Numbered from the stretch's first letter, positions 48,107-58,268 are shown. The stretch is 64,000 nucleotides of DNA from an uncultured Hyphomonas sp. (GCF_963976075.1 NZ_CAXBJH010000001.1); one strand, 5' to 3'. A program made the numbers and translations. Notes: generated by a model from the letters alone, not told the origin.

Positions 48107-48769
48107 ATGATCGCCCCCCTCCCCCCGACGGGTGACAACCGTCTCGGCTGCGTGGCCGAAGATCTCGCCAGCAAGGGCTGGTCGTGGCAGCCCGGCCTGT
48201 TGCCGGAGGCCCTGCTGACCGCGCTGCGCAACGAGATTCAGGCGCTGGACGCTGACGCCGTCCTCGCCCCGGCCGGCATTGGCCGGGATGACGCCTTCCA
48301 GGTCGACCGTTCCATCCGCAAGACCCGCATTACCTGGCTGAGCGGTGCCAGCCCTGCCCAAATCGCCTTCGCAGACTGGGCCGAAGGCTGGCGGGAATCC
48401 CTCAATCGCGCGCTCCTGCTGGGCTTGTTCGAATTCGAGGCCTGTTATGCCGTCTATCCCGAAGGCGGCTTCTATGACCGCCATCTCGACAGTTTTGAAG
48501 GCGCCCGGAACCGCATCGTCTCCATTGTGGTCTATCTGAATGAAGACTGGGGCCCGGAAGATGGCGGAGCGCTGGTGGTCTGGCCGGAAGGCGCCGCCGC
48601 AAGCGATGCCCCCGCCGCCTGCATCGTGCCTGAAGGGGGCGGCGTGGTCTTCATGCTGTCGGAAACCATTCCCCACGAAGTCCAGCCGACCACACGCCTC
48701 CGCTTTGGCATTGCGGGCTGGTGGCGGGTCAATCCGGCAATTGACGGACGGGCCATCCCGATTGACTGA
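48107..48769 (+). CDS. 2OG-Fe(II) oxygenase (EglN/prolyl-hydroxylase-like)
   Basis: FYDRHLD (HxD), YLN..W, HEV, R...AGW. Confidence 0.9.
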   Translation: MIAPLPPTGDNRLGCVAEDLASKGWSWQPGLLPEALLTALRNEIQALDADAVLAPAGIGRDDAFQVDRSIRKTRITWLSGASPAQIAFADWAEGWRESLNRALLLGLFEFEACYAVYPEGGFYDRHLDSFEGARNRIVSIVVYLNEDWGPEDGGALVVWPEGAAASDAPAACIVPEGGGVVFMLSETIPHEVQPTTRLRFGIAGWWRVNPAIDGRAIPID

Positions 48770-48787
48770 TTGGCGCGCGGGGGCGGA

Positions 48788-49372
48788 TCAGGACAATTTC
48801 CGCAACAGGCGCTCAATGGTCTTGTAGATGGTATCGACCGACACGCCGGGAACTTTCCGGCTCAGCGCCACACCGGCCCCATTGAGCGCGCCCTGCATGA
48901 TGACAGCGGCTGAGGCGGCATTTTCCGGCGCGATAAACCTCTTCTGGACAAGGTATTCGACCCCGATCCGCACGCTGCGCTGGCTGAGGTCGAAATCGGC
49001 TTCATACCAGTCGAGGCCCAGAGCGGCCCGGCCATCGATCAGGACAATTCTCTGATAATCCGGCCGCGCGGCCCATTCCAGGTAACGCCTCGCCCCTGCC
49101 AGCATGGCTGCATACGGGTCATCCAGTGACCGGCCTTCAAGGGCAGCCTGCTGGGTATCCTGGATCATTTCCCTCTGAAGTTCCTGCCAGACCTCATGAT
49201 AGAGGGCCTGCTTGTTTTCAAAATGGTGGAACAAGGCGCCCTTGGTGATGCCAGCATCTTCCACAATGCTGGAAAGGCTTGCCTCAAAGCCTTCATGGGT
49301 AAAGCGCTGCCGTGCCGCATGAAGGATTGCGGCGCGGGTTTCGCTTGCCTTTTTTGCTCGACGATTGGCCAT
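48788..49372 (-). CDS. TetR/AcrR-family regulator
   Basis: TR.AIL.AA...F...GF...S...IVE.AGITKGALFHHF.NK. Confidence 0.92.
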   Translation of the reverse strand: MANRRAKKASETRAAILHAARQRFTHEGFEASLSSIVEDAGITKGALFHHFENKQALYHEVWQELQREMIQDTQQAALEGRSLDDPYAAMLAGARRYLEWAARPDYQRIVLIDGRAALGLDWYEADFDLSQRSVRIGVEYLVQKRFIAPENAASAAVIMQGALNGAGVALSRKVPGVSVDTIYKTIERLLRKLS

Positions 49373-49396
49373 GCTAGCTTTTCGGTTGTCGATCTA

Positions 49397-49413
49397 ACAT
49401 ACCAGTGGTATGT
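49397..49413. promoter_or_regulatory. TetR-type operator palindrome
   Basis: ACATACC-AGT-GGTATGT, 24 nt upstream of the tetR start. Confidence 0.7.
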
Positions 49414-49721
49414 AAAAACACCAATGTGGATATTCGGGAACGCTTCGTTCCTGAAAAGGTACCACCAACTAGATACCAGGCTGGGTGGCATTCCATTACC
49501 GCATTGCCAAAGTGGGACGCGAGACGGTTACGGAGACGGGCAGATTGCCAGCCACCGTAACCGTCTTTCCATTTGCGGGCGAAGTTGATGACGCTCAGCA
49601 CTCAGAACCCCCAAATATCCCAAATGTTTTCCACGCCATATCTGTAGTAATCATTACAGAATAACGCATTTCTTGCAAGTCATTCTCAAGAAAGTCCTGT
49701 TCAAATTCCATGTAAACGAAA

Positions 49722-49745
49722 TGGGCCTGCTCGAGAGCAGGCCCA
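49722..49745 (-). terminator. terminator hairpin after the GH3 gene
   Basis: TGGGCCTGCT-CGAG-AGCAGGCCCA with AT-rich flanks. Confidence 0.7.
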
Positions 49746-49776
49746 AATTAACTATGCAGTGCGTTGCGAACTATAA

Positions 49777-52509
49777 CTATTCGCTGGAAACGAAGCGGAC
49801 ATTACTTTCCTCAATCGAGTCTTCGTCAACATAACCCGGCTGGCCACTGCCCAGGGTCAACACGGCTTCCGTACCCTCCGGCGTGACGAAGTTTCCGTCC
49901 GTATCGTAATAGCCGATCCGCTCCGGGGAGAGATCGAAACGAATCGTTTGACGCTCTCCGGGTGCCAGTTCGACCACTTCAAACGCCACCAATTCGATCC
50001 GCGGCACGGCGGCATGCGCCCGGTCCTTGTGCTGGATATAGGCCTGCACCACTTCCCGGCCCGGCATGTCGCCCGTATTCGTCACCGTCACGCTGACCGG
50101 CAGAGACTCGGCGGCGTCATGCGCCTCCGGCACTGACAGGCCGCTATAAGCGAAGCTCGTATAGGAGAGGCCGTGACCGAACGGATAGAGCGGTTCGCCC
50201 TCGTAATATTTGTAGGTCCGGTTCGCCATGGAATAGTCACCAAAGTCCGGCAGGTCATCGACCGATTTGTAGAAGGTCACCGGCAGGCGGCCCGACGGGC
50301 TGTATTCGCCCCAGAGCAGGTCTGCGATGGCCTTGCCGGCCTGTTCGCCCGGATAGAAGGCCTGCACGATGGCCGGCAAATTCTCATTCTCCCAGTTCAG
50401 CCCCATGGCCGAGCCGGAGAAGTTCACCATCACGACGGGCTTGCCCGTGGCGTGCAGTGCTTTCAGCAGCGTCTCCTGGCTTTCCGGCAGATTGATGTGT
50501 GTGCGATCGCCGCCCAGGAAGCCGTCGAGTTCAACGCCCATTTCCTCGCCTTCGAGATTGGCATCAATGCCGCCGAAGAACAGGATCACGTCTGCATCTT
50601 CTGCCGCCGTCATGGCTTCGGCCTTAAGGTCGCGGGAAACGTCGGTCCAGTTGAGATAGGCGTACTTGTCCAGCTGGTCGCGCGGCCAGCCGCTGTCGAA
50701 TTTCAGCACCATATGGACCGAATAGGCCTCACCCGCCTGCATCTCGATGCCGTCCATCTCGCCGACGGGCTCGCCATTGATCTCGACCTCGCTCCAGCGC
50801 GACGGCTGGAAGCGGTAGACGCCATCGGTCTCCGGGACGATCACACCATCCCAGGTCGCACTGAATTCGTCATTCAGGCCGTCCGTGCTCGGCGTGCGGT
50901 CCCAGTAGAAGTCGATCTTCTCTTCGACCTGTTCCAGCGTCGGCTCGCCTTCGAGCGTCTTGTTGGGATAGTAAGCGGCCTTCACACCCGGCACGAGATT
51001 GCCGTCGGCATCCTCATGGAACAGAGCGGCCGCCGGAATTGGCTTGTAATTGGAGTAATTGTCGCCTGCGATGGTCGAGCCGACCGCATAGGTGACATTC
51101 TCCGCGCCGATCTTGGCCTTCACGCCTTCCAGCGCCGTGACGGGCTGGGTCGGGCGGCCATAATAGTTTGCCACCAGCGTCCACCAATTGTCGGCATTCG
51201 GACCGATCACGGCGACCTTTGTCTCAGGTGCCAGCGGCAGGATGCCGTCATTCTTCAACAGGACCAGCGACTGGCGCGCGGCCTGTTCGGACAGGGCGAT
51301 ATGATCATCATTCGCCACGATGTCGATTGGCGTATCGGCCCACGGCACCAAGGAGGGATCATCATACATGCCGAGGCGGAACAAGGCCGTGTATAGCCGC
51401 TCCACTGCCTGGTCGATGGTGGCTTCGTCGATCAGGCCCTGCGCCACGGCGTCCGGCAGGGCATCCATCTTGTTGCCCTCGCCATCTCCGCAATTGAGGT
51501 CCGTACCCATCTTCACAGACAGGGCCGCGGCTTCGGCGCGGGTGTCGACATAATCATGCGCCGCATAAGGCGCTTCGCCTGCGGCCTTTTTCTCTTCATC
51601 GTAGTAGAAATCGCCAATCGCGCCGCAATCGGAGACGACATATCCGTCGAATTTCAATTCATCCCGCAGCAGATCCACCATCAGGCGCTCGCTGCCACAG
51701 GCCGGCGCGCCCCAGACGGCGTTATAGGCACACATGACGGAGCCGACGTCGGTTTCGTCGAACGCCATCTTGAAGGCCGGCAGATAGGTTTCCCAGAGAT
51801 CGGCATCAGTGGCGTGATAGTCGTCGCGGTGGCGCGACGGCTCAGGGCCGGAATGAACGGCATAGTGTTTCACCGTTGCGATGGCCTTGAGGTATTTCTC
51901 GTCATCGCCCTGGATGCCGTTGACGAAATTCACCGCCATACGGCCCGTCAGGAACGGATCCTCGCCATAGGTTTCCTGTCCCCTGCCCCAGCGCGGGTCA
52001 CGGAAGATGTTGATGTTCGGCGACCAGAAGGTCAGCCCGCCATACATGGCATAGACGTCTTCGGAGGCGTAATAATGATGCTTGGCGCGGCCCTCGTCGG
52101 AAATCGTCGTGGCGATCTCCAGCATCAGGTCCTCATCCCAGGTCGAGGCAAGGCCAATGGCCTGCGGGAAGACCGTCGCATGGCCCGCGCGGGCCACCCC
52201 GTGCAGGGCCTCGTTCCACCAATTGTATTCGTGCAGGCCAAGGCGCGGAATGCTGGCGGCCTTGTCGTACATTTGCGCGGCTTTCTCTTCCAGCGTCATG
52301 CGGCTGACGAGATCTTTCGCGCGCGCTTCCGGGCTCAGGGACGCGTCCATATAGGGCGGAGTCTGCGGCGCGGCATCGGCCGTGGCCTCCGCCAGCTCAG
52401 CCGGCGCCTCTTCCGCCTGCAAACTCGCGCAGCCAGCCAACAGCGCAATCGACGCCGCAGCACCCAAAAGGTTGAATTTGTTCAGAATTCCATGCTTACG
52501 CATAGCCAT
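49777..52509 (-). CDS. glycoside hydrolase family 3 (beta-glucosidase/xylosidase) with PA14 and Fn3-like domains, lipoprotein
   Basis: LAG-C lipobox, WNEALHG, WSPNINIFRDPRWGRGQETYGEDP, KHY, VVSDCGA, LLKN. Confidence 0.95.
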   Translation of the reverse strand: MAMRKHGILNKFNLLGAAASIALLAGCASLQAEEAPAELAEATADAAPQTPPYMDASLSPEARAKDLVSRMTLEEKAAQMYDKAASIPRLGLHEYNWWNEALHGVARAGHATVFPQAIGLASTWDEDLMLEIATTISDEGRAKHHYYASEDVYAMYGGLTFWSPNINIFRDPRWGRGQETYGEDPFLTGRMAVNFVNGIQGDDEKYLKAIATVKHYAVHSGPEPSRHRDDYHATDADLWETYLPAFKMAFDETDVGSVMCAYNAVWGAPACGSERLMVDLLRDELKFDGYVVSDCGAIGDFYYDEEKKAAGEAPYAAHDYVDTRAEAAALSVKMGTDLNCGDGEGNKMDALPDAVAQGLIDEATIDQAVERLYTALFRLGMYDDPSLVPWADTPIDIVANDDHIALSEQAARQSLVLLKNDGILPLAPETKVAVIGPNADNWWTLVANYYGRPTQPVTALEGVKAKIGAENVTYAVGSTIAGDNYSNYKPIPAAALFHEDADGNLVPGVKAAYYPNKTLEGEPTLEQVEEKIDFYWDRTPSTDGLNDEFSATWDGVIVPETDGVYRFQPSRWSEVEINGEPVGEMDGIEMQAGEAYSVHMVLKFDSGWPRDQLDKYAYLNWTDVSRDLKAEAMTAAEDADVILFFGGIDANLEGEEMGVELDGFLGGDRTHINLPESQETLLKALHATGKPVVMVNFSGSAMGLNWENENLPAIVQAFYPGEQAGKAIADLLWGEYSPSGRLPVTFYKSVDDLPDFGDYSMANRTYKYYEGEPLYPFGHGLSYTSFAYSGLSVPEAHDAAESLPVSVTVTNTGDMPGREVVQAYIQHKDRAHAAVPRIELVAFEVVELAPGERQTIRFDLSPERIGYYDTDGNFVTPEGTEAVLTLGSGQPGYVDEDSIEESNVRFVSSE

Positions 52510-52646
52510 GTCGCTCTCCCTGTGACGTTTCTCAGGGGCCGCGATCTTGCGCAGTCGCCCCCTTATTGAGGCGCATTGTTGCACGCTAACATTTTTTGCG
52601 CCAGACGCTTTTTAGGCTTTTTTGGGCCCGGCAATCTGACCCGTAA

Positions 52647-53084
52647 TCAGACCGGCTTCAGCGTCTTCGGATCGAGCCCGCCCATGCGGCAGACTTCCTT
52701 CCATTCATTCGGCTTGACCGGTTGGACGGACAGGCGGAATGAGGTGACAAGGCTCATCTCTTCCAATTTCGGATTGGCCTTCACATCCTTCAGCTTCACC
52801 GGCTTGGGCATGTCCGCCAGCGCGCGCAGGTAGACGCAATCCCAACGTTCATCATCGGTCGTGGAATCCGGCGCGCTCTCGGCACAAACCTCCACAACAC
52901 CAACGACCTCCAGCCCCTTGTTGGAGTGATAAAAGAAGGCGCGGTCACCGATCTTCATGTCGCGCATGAAATTGCGGGCCTGGTAGTTGCGGATGCCGGA
53001 CCATTCCTCGCCCTCATCGCCCTTGGCCTTCTGCTCGTCCCAGCTCCAGGCGTCGGGTTCGGATTTGAACAGCCAGTATTTCAT
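52647..53084 (-). CDS. EVE domain protein
   Basis: YWLFKSEP..WSW, W.G.RNYQARN, GD..FFYHS, RLSV.PV...EW. Confidence 0.95.
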   Translation of the reverse strand: MKYWLFKSEPDAWSWDEQKAKGDEGEEWSGIRNYQARNFMRDMKIGDRAFFYHSNKGLEVVGVVEVCAESAPDSTTDDERWDCVYLRALADMPKPVKLKDVKANPKLEEMSLVTSFRLSVQPVKPNEWKEVCRMGGLDPKTLKPV

Positions 53085-53944
53085 TTATCCTGCCTCGTCT
53101 TTTTGCTGCCTTCGGAAGTAACGGGATTCCGGCGCGCGTCCAGTGCAGTGCCCACCAGCCGGTCATAAGCGGCCCAGCCCTTGTAGCGGTGCATCGCCGG
53201 ATCAACGCCCTGCCACGCCGCCGCAAAGGCTTCCACATGGCGCGGCGTGGAGAGCGCCGCGCGCAGCGGATCAATCACGATACGGATGGTAAAGAGCAGC
53301 GCGCCGGTCTGCGGCAATTTCCGGATCGTCTGGCGCTCGACGCGCAGATGCAGCACGTCCAGCGCCGCCGCATCGGGCGTTGCCGTGGCAAGGTCTTTCA
53401 AAGGCCCGGAATCGGGCGTGAATCGCGCCTCCCCCGCCTGAACAGTCCAGTTGAACCGTTCCAGCACGCGCCCCGGTTGCAGCCCGTCAAAGATGCGGGA
53501 AATGCGCGCCGCAAGGCCGGGGTCGCCGCCGGGAACAGGCCCATGCACGCCGCCGAGCGGCTGGCCGATCTTCTCCGCAAGCCGCCAGTAGGTCGGCGCG
53601 CAAAGACTTGCCGCCCTGAGCCGCCAGAGGCCCTCACCGTCGCGAAGCATGAGGCAAAGATCGTCGGAGACCATTGAAGCGGCGGCTTCCAGCGGGGTGG
53701 GCCAGTCCTCGTCCGCCGGTCCGGTGACCGCCAGAATAGCTGCAGCCGCTTCCGCCATTTCGGCTTCGGCATCCTGCGCCGCGAACACCTCGCTCCGGCG
53801 CGCGCGCATCAGCTGGCGCTTGGGGGCCAGCCCTGCCGCGGCCTCGCTGTCCGGCAGCAACCACGCCTCCGGCGCAATCGGCTTCAGCCCCGGCGCGATG
53901 CCGGGCGGACCGTCAAGGAATGGCAGATAGGGCGGCGTTCGCAT
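53081..53944 (-). CDS. DUF3445 (heme-dependent oxidative N-demethylase alpha-like) protein
   Basis: DDLCLM, LCAP.YW...K.G.PL..VH.PVP, R.NW, LRVERQT.RKLP.TGA.LF.IR. Confidence 0.88.
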   Translation of the reverse strand: MRTPPYLPFLDGPPGIAPGLKPIAPEAWLLPDSEAAAGLAPKRQLMRARRSEVFAAQDAEAEMAEAAAAILAVTGPADEDWPTPLEAAASMVSDDLCLMLRDGEGLWRLRAASLCAPTYWRLAEKIGQPLGGVHGPVPGGDPGLAARISRIFDGLQPGRVLERFNWTVQAGEARFTPDSGPLKDLATATPDAAALDVLHLRVERQTIRKLPQTGALLFTIRIVIDPLRAALSTPRHVEAFAAAWQGVDPAMHRYKGWAAYDRLVGTALDARRNPVTSEGSKKTRQDK

Positions 53945-53953
53945 CGCCGCGTG

Positions 53954-54580
53954 TCAGACCGGAACCGCGCTGCCCCAGCTGACAAAGCCAGCCACTTTGG
54001 GCGTCGACGGCAGATACATCGTCTCCGCCTCATCCAGCCGGAACCCGGCCGAGGCAAACATCGCTTCGGTATCGCGCGTCAAATGGCAGCCGCCTGCCAG
54101 AGGCTTCCAGATCGGCTCGATCCGGCGCTGCCATTTGGCGACGCCTTCATCGGGCGCAAGGCCATGCTCGGAGAACAGGATCTTCCCGCCGGGTTTCAGC
54201 ACACGGCGCACTTCCTTCAGCGAAGCTTCCCAATCAGGAATGGTGCAGAGCACGAAGGTAATCACGGCGGTGTCGATGGAATCGTCTTCCAGCGGAATGG
54301 ATTCCGCACCCGTCTGCAGGAAATCGATATGATGGCCAATGCCAAGACGCCCGGCCTCGCGGCGGGCCTTGCCCACCATCACCTCTGAGGGCTCCAGCGC
54401 ATAGAGATGGTCCACCTTGTTGCCATCATAGAGCGCGAAATTCGTGCCCGAGCCAGCGCCGATCTCCAGCACCTGCCCCTCAGCTTGCGGAACGACTTTC
54501 TCGCGCTGTTTCATGATCGGCTTCGTGCTGCAGGCGCACGACACCAGATGCGGTACGACGTAGCGGTCCCACGGATTCAC
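53954..54580 (-). CDS. class I SAM-dependent methyltransferase
   Basis: VLEIGAGSG.N, LCTIPD, LKPGG...F.EHG, GGCHL.R. Confidence 0.92.
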   Translation of the reverse strand: MNPWDRYVVPHLVSCACSTKPIMKQREKVVPQAEGQVLEIGAGSGTNFALYDGNKVDHLYALEPSEVMVGKARREAGRLGIGHHIDFLQTGAESIPLEDDSIDTAVITFVLCTIPDWEASLKEVRRVLKPGGKILFSEHGLAPDEGVAKWQRRIEPIWKPLAGGCHLTRDTEAMFASAGFRLDEAETMYLPSTPKVAGFVSWGSAVPV

Positions 54581-55296
54581 TGTTCCGGCTCCTCGGTCAT
54601 GCTGTATCCCGGATAGCGCTGTTTCTGGATCAGAGTCTTGGTCGCCTCGGTCGGCCGGGCGATCAGCGCATCCTGCGTGATGTTCACGACATATTCGAAC
54701 CGGTCGCCCATGGGCTGGTAGGAGGCTGAGCCATATTGCGCGTCAATCCCGAACCGGCCGCCCTGCTCCTGGGCCAGCCGGTGCACGTCGAGGCCCGGAT
54801 TGGTCGCCAGCGCGATGCCGTTCGTCGTCGCCTCGGTCACCGCATCCGGCGTGAACCGGCGTGACAGGCGGCCTTCGATGAAATCGAGCCGGTAGATCGA
54901 GTCATAACCCAGCATGTTGGCCACCGGCTTGAACTTGATGACCTGTGCGCCGATCTCGAATTCATTGCCGCGCAGCACGGGCTGGGCGCCGTTGGCTTCA
55001 ACCAGCTTGCGACCATCGGAAAAGGTCAGATCCAGCGTATAGGCATTCTCTTCGCCCTCAACCGCTTCGAATTTCACATTCGCGGCGTAGCGTTCCTTGG
55101 TCAGGCGCTTGTAGGTCTGCAAATTGAGGCCGGCAAAGGCCACGACACCTGCAAGGGCGAGGAACCCGGCGCCAAAGGTCAGCCGCACTGCGCCGGACCC
55201 GGCTTTCAGCCGCGCAAGTTTCCCGAAGCCTGCAAACAGCAGCATCAGGCCGATCACGGCCGCAATTGCTGGCAAAATCCACCAGATCAGTCCCAT
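54577..55296 (-). CDS. hypothetical membrane protein
   Basis: Two N-terminal TM helices, then NLQTY.RL..E and YRL motifs; coupled to the methyltransferase start. Confidence 0.75.
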   Translation of the reverse strand: MGLIWWILPAIAAVIGLMLLFAGFGKLARLKAGSGAVRLTFGAGFLALAGVVAFAGLNLQTYKRLTKERYAANVKFEAVEGEENAYTLDLTFSDGRKLVEANGAQPVLRGNEFEIGAQVIKFKPVANMLGYDSIYRLDFIEGRLSRRFTPDAVTEATTNGIALATNPGLDVHRLAQEQGGRFGIDAQYGSASYQPMGDRFEYVVNITQDALIARPTEATKTLIQKQRYPGYSMTEEPEQ

Positions 55297-55366
55297 ACAA
55301 CCACACCTCCTGATAACAGGTCCGGATCGGCCCCGCCTTCCACCTGCTAATGACTATAACAGCTTC

Positions 55367-55381
55367 TTAACGATTGTTTAG
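55367..55381. promoter_or_regulatory. near-consensus CtrA box TTAA-N7-TTAG
   Basis: TTAA-CGATTGT-TTAG, 70 nt upstream of the 55296 start. Confidence 0.5.
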
Positions 55382-55524
55382 CGCGTCCCGCAGCACTCGG
55401 TTCCCTGGCAGGCCGCACCTGACCCCAAGCTGAATAAGGCGATTTTCCCTGCGAATGGCTGCCTGGCAAGAGAAAGTCCAAAGCCCCCTGCCCAGCCCGG
55501 ATAAATCCTGCTAACGGCGAAGAC

Positions 55525-56427
55525 ATGTCCTTTCGCGATTTCGTCCTTCTGTTCGCCGTGTGCCTTGTCTGGGGCCTCAACATTGTCATCACACGCTGGG
55601 TGGTTGCGGATTTGGGCGTGCCGCCGATCTTCTTCGCCGCGACCCGTTTTGCCGGCGTCGCCCTCCTGCTCCTCGCCTTCCTCCGGCCGAAGCCCGAAGA
55701 CCTGAAGATGCTGTTCCTGATCGCCATGTTCATTGGCGCGGTGCATTTCTCGCTCCTCTTCCTCGGCCTGAAGAATGCCGAAGCGTCCGCCGCCTCGATC
55801 ACCGGCCAGCTCGGCGCGCCCTTCTCGACATTGATGAGCATGGCCTTCCTGGGCGAGACCATTGGCTGGCGCCGCGGCCTCGGCATCATGCTGTCCTTTG
55901 CCGGTGTCGTGCTGATCGCATTCGACCCGGCGAGTTTCACCATTTCCATCGGCCTCATCTATATCACCATCGCCGCCTTTGTCGGCTCGGTCGGCGGCAT
56001 CCTGATGAAGCGCTTGCCGCCTATCAAGGCGCTGCGCCTGCAGGCCTGGGTCGGCCTGTTCAGTTTCGCGCCCCTCTTCATCACGTCCGGCCTGATCGAG
56101 ACCGGCCAGATGGAAGCGCTCGCGCGCGGTGGCTGGCAGCTTGGCCTTGCCTGGCTGTTCGCCGTGGTCGGCGTCTCCATCTTCGGGCATGGCGGCTTCT
56201 ACACCCTGATCAAGAAATACGACATTTCGCTGCTCTCGCCGCTTACCCTGATGACCCCGGTCTGGGGTGTGGTCTTCGGCATAGCCCTGCTGAATGAGCC
56301 GATCACGGCGCGGCTCGTGCTGGGCTCGGTGATCTCCCTGTCCGGTGTGTTCGTGATCGCCGTGCGTCAGAACCGGACGCTGCCGGACGCGGCCATCGTC
56401 AAGAAGATGGGCGCAGGAGGCAGCTGA
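55525..56427 (+). CDS. EamA/DMT-family transporter
   Basis: About 10 TM helices; VWGLN, RF, P.......FLGE repeats. Confidence 0.92.
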   Translation: MSFRDFVLLFAVCLVWGLNIVITRWVVADLGVPPIFFAATRFAGVALLLLAFLRPKPEDLKMLFLIAMFIGAVHFSLLFLGLKNAEASAASITGQLGAPFSTLMSMAFLGETIGWRRGLGIMLSFAGVVLIAFDPASFTISIGLIYITIAAFVGSVGGILMKRLPPIKALRLQAWVGLFSFAPLFITSGLIETGQMEALARGGWQLGLAWLFAVVGVSIFGHGGFYTLIKKYDISLLSPLTLMTPVWGVVFGIALLNEPITARLVLGSVISLSGVFVIAVRQNRTLPDAAIVKKMGAGGS

Positions 56428-57176
56428 TGGACATCACCCGCGCCGAAAGCCCGAACTTCAATGAGCGCAAGCACAAACTCGACATGCTGGTGCTGCACTA
56501 TACCGGCATGGCCACCGGCGAAGAGGCCCTGGAGCGCATGTGCGATCCCGTCGCCGAGGTCTCCGCGCACTATATGGTCTGGGAAGATGGCCGCATCGCC
56601 CAACTGGTCGATGAGGACAAACGCGCCTGGCATGCGGGCGTCTCAAGCTGGCAGGGCCAGCAGGATCTCAACTCCCGCTCCATCGGCATCGAAATCGTCA
56701 ATGGCGGGCATGACTTCCCCCTGCCCGATGGCAGCCTGCCGCCTTATCCGCGTCCGCAGATCCATGCCCTGCTGGACCTGATCCACGACATTCTCGCCCG
56801 CCATGAGATTCCGGCCACCCGTATTCTCGGCCATTCCGACATCGCGCCCCTGCGCAAGCAGGACCCTGGAGAGCACTTCCCGTGGGAACGGCTGGCCCGC
56901 GCCGGCATCGGCCACTGGCCGCAGATCGAAGGCACGACACAGGAGATCATCGGCAAGGGGCTGGAACGCGGCGCGTCCGGCTCCAGCGTCTGGCGCATGC
57001 AGACCATGCTGTCTGAGATCGGCTATGGCTTCGATGTTACCGACATTTATGGCGAGACCTGCGAGAAAGTGGTCACCGCCTTCCAGCGCCGTTGGCTGCC
57101 GGACCATGTCACCGGCCAGGCCGACCTCGACACGCTGCGCCACATCGGCGTCATTCACGCGCTCTACACGGCCTGA
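56427..57176 (+). CDS. N-acetylmuramoyl-L-alanine amidase (AmpD/AmiD type) with a peptidoglycan-binding domain
   Basis: VLHYT, VSAHY, AWHAG.S.W, N.RSIGIE, GHSDIAP.RK.DPG, AFQRR. Confidence 0.95.
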   Translation: MDITRAESPNFNERKHKLDMLVLHYTGMATGEEALERMCDPVAEVSAHYMVWEDGRIAQLVDEDKRAWHAGVSSWQGQQDLNSRSIGIEIVNGGHDFPLPDGSLPPYPRPQIHALLDLIHDILARHEIPATRILGHSDIAPLRKQDPGEHFPWERLARAGIGHWPQIEGTTQEIIGKGLERGASGSSVWRMQTMLSEIGYGFDVTDIYGETCEKVVTAFQRRWLPDHVTGQADLDTLRHIGVIHALYTA

Positions 57177-58099
57177 GTGACTTCGGCGTCCAATTCTTCT
57201 TCGTCAGCTTCTTCAATCACTTCCTCGCGCTGCATCCGCGCGGCCCACTCCACCGCCAGCGCCGCGCCGAAGAGAAGTGCCGAGACCGACACCGATAGCC
57301 AGATGAAGCCGAGGATCACCGAAGCCAGCGCGCCGTAGAATGTGTCGAGCGCGCTGAATTTCAGGTAGAGGTGATAGCCCCAGGTCGCGACAAGCCAGGC
57401 CAGCGCCCCGGCCGCCGCGCCCATTGCCTTCGCCCGGTGCCCCTTGACGCGGCCATGCAGGGACAGGGCGATGATCAGGTAGAACACCGCGAAACACGCA
57501 ATCCCTTTCCCGAGCCAGAGGGTCGAGGCAATGTCGGAAATGGTCTGCGCTACATCATAGGCAACATAGCCTTCGCGCTCGGTAATCAGCGACAGGATCA
57601 TCTGCAACGCGCCCAGAATCCAGACTGACAGGATCAGCAACGCCGTCATCAGGATCGACACGCCCTGAAACCGGATGATCCGCGTGCGCCGCTCGCTGCC
57701 GGCCACCATGCGGATGCCGGTGATCGCCGCCTTGGCGCCGGAACTCGCCGTGTAGAAGACCACCAGCACCGCCAGCAATGCCCGGAACGTCACGCCCTGC
57801 GGCGTCGATTCATGGATCACATCCAGATCCGCCTTGCTGAGCGGCGCCACAGCCGAGACCAGAACCTGGTCCACCGTATCGCCCAGCTGACGGCTGAGAT
57901 CAGCCGGCAACAGCGCGAACAACAGGGTCAGCGTCAGATAGATGATCGGGAAGATCGAGAAAAGCGCGTAGAAACTGATGCCCCCGGTCACGATCCGCAC
58001 TTCCGGCTTGGACAGGCGCACGATGGCACACCAGAGCGGCGAGATCACCCAATGACGCACCGGCTGGGGGACGGGCAGCTTCTTGATCCAACTCAGCAT
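57164..58099 (-). CDS. YihY/BrkB-family membrane protein
   Basis: ISFYAL.SIFP, YGAL..V...FIW...S....L.GA. Confidence 0.85.
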   Translation of the reverse strand: MLSWIKKLPVPQPVRHWVISPLWCAIVRLSKPEVRIVTGGISFYALFSIFPIIYLTLTLLFALLPADLSRQLGDTVDQVLVSAVAPLSKADLDVIHESTPQGVTFRALLAVLVVFYTASSGAKAAITGIRMVAGSERRTRIIRFQGVSILMTALLILSVWILGALQMILSLITEREGYVAYDVAQTISDIASTLWLGKGIACFAVFYLIIALSLHGRVKGHRAKAMGAAAGALAWLVATWGYHLYLKFSALDTFYGALASVILGFIWLSVSVSALLFGAALAVEWAARMQREEVIEEADEEELDAEVTQAV

Positions 58100-58268
58100 G
58101 CGGCCTCCATTGCACCTTATCTATATGGGGCAATTCGCGCGCCCAACCCAATATTTCCTTTTGGCGTTCGCTGGCTCTGCTTGCCGCTAACCCCCAATCC
58201 GGGGTATATGCGCCTCACTCCTCGTATTGCCGCGGCTGCTGACCCGCACACTATGAGGACCAAGCATC

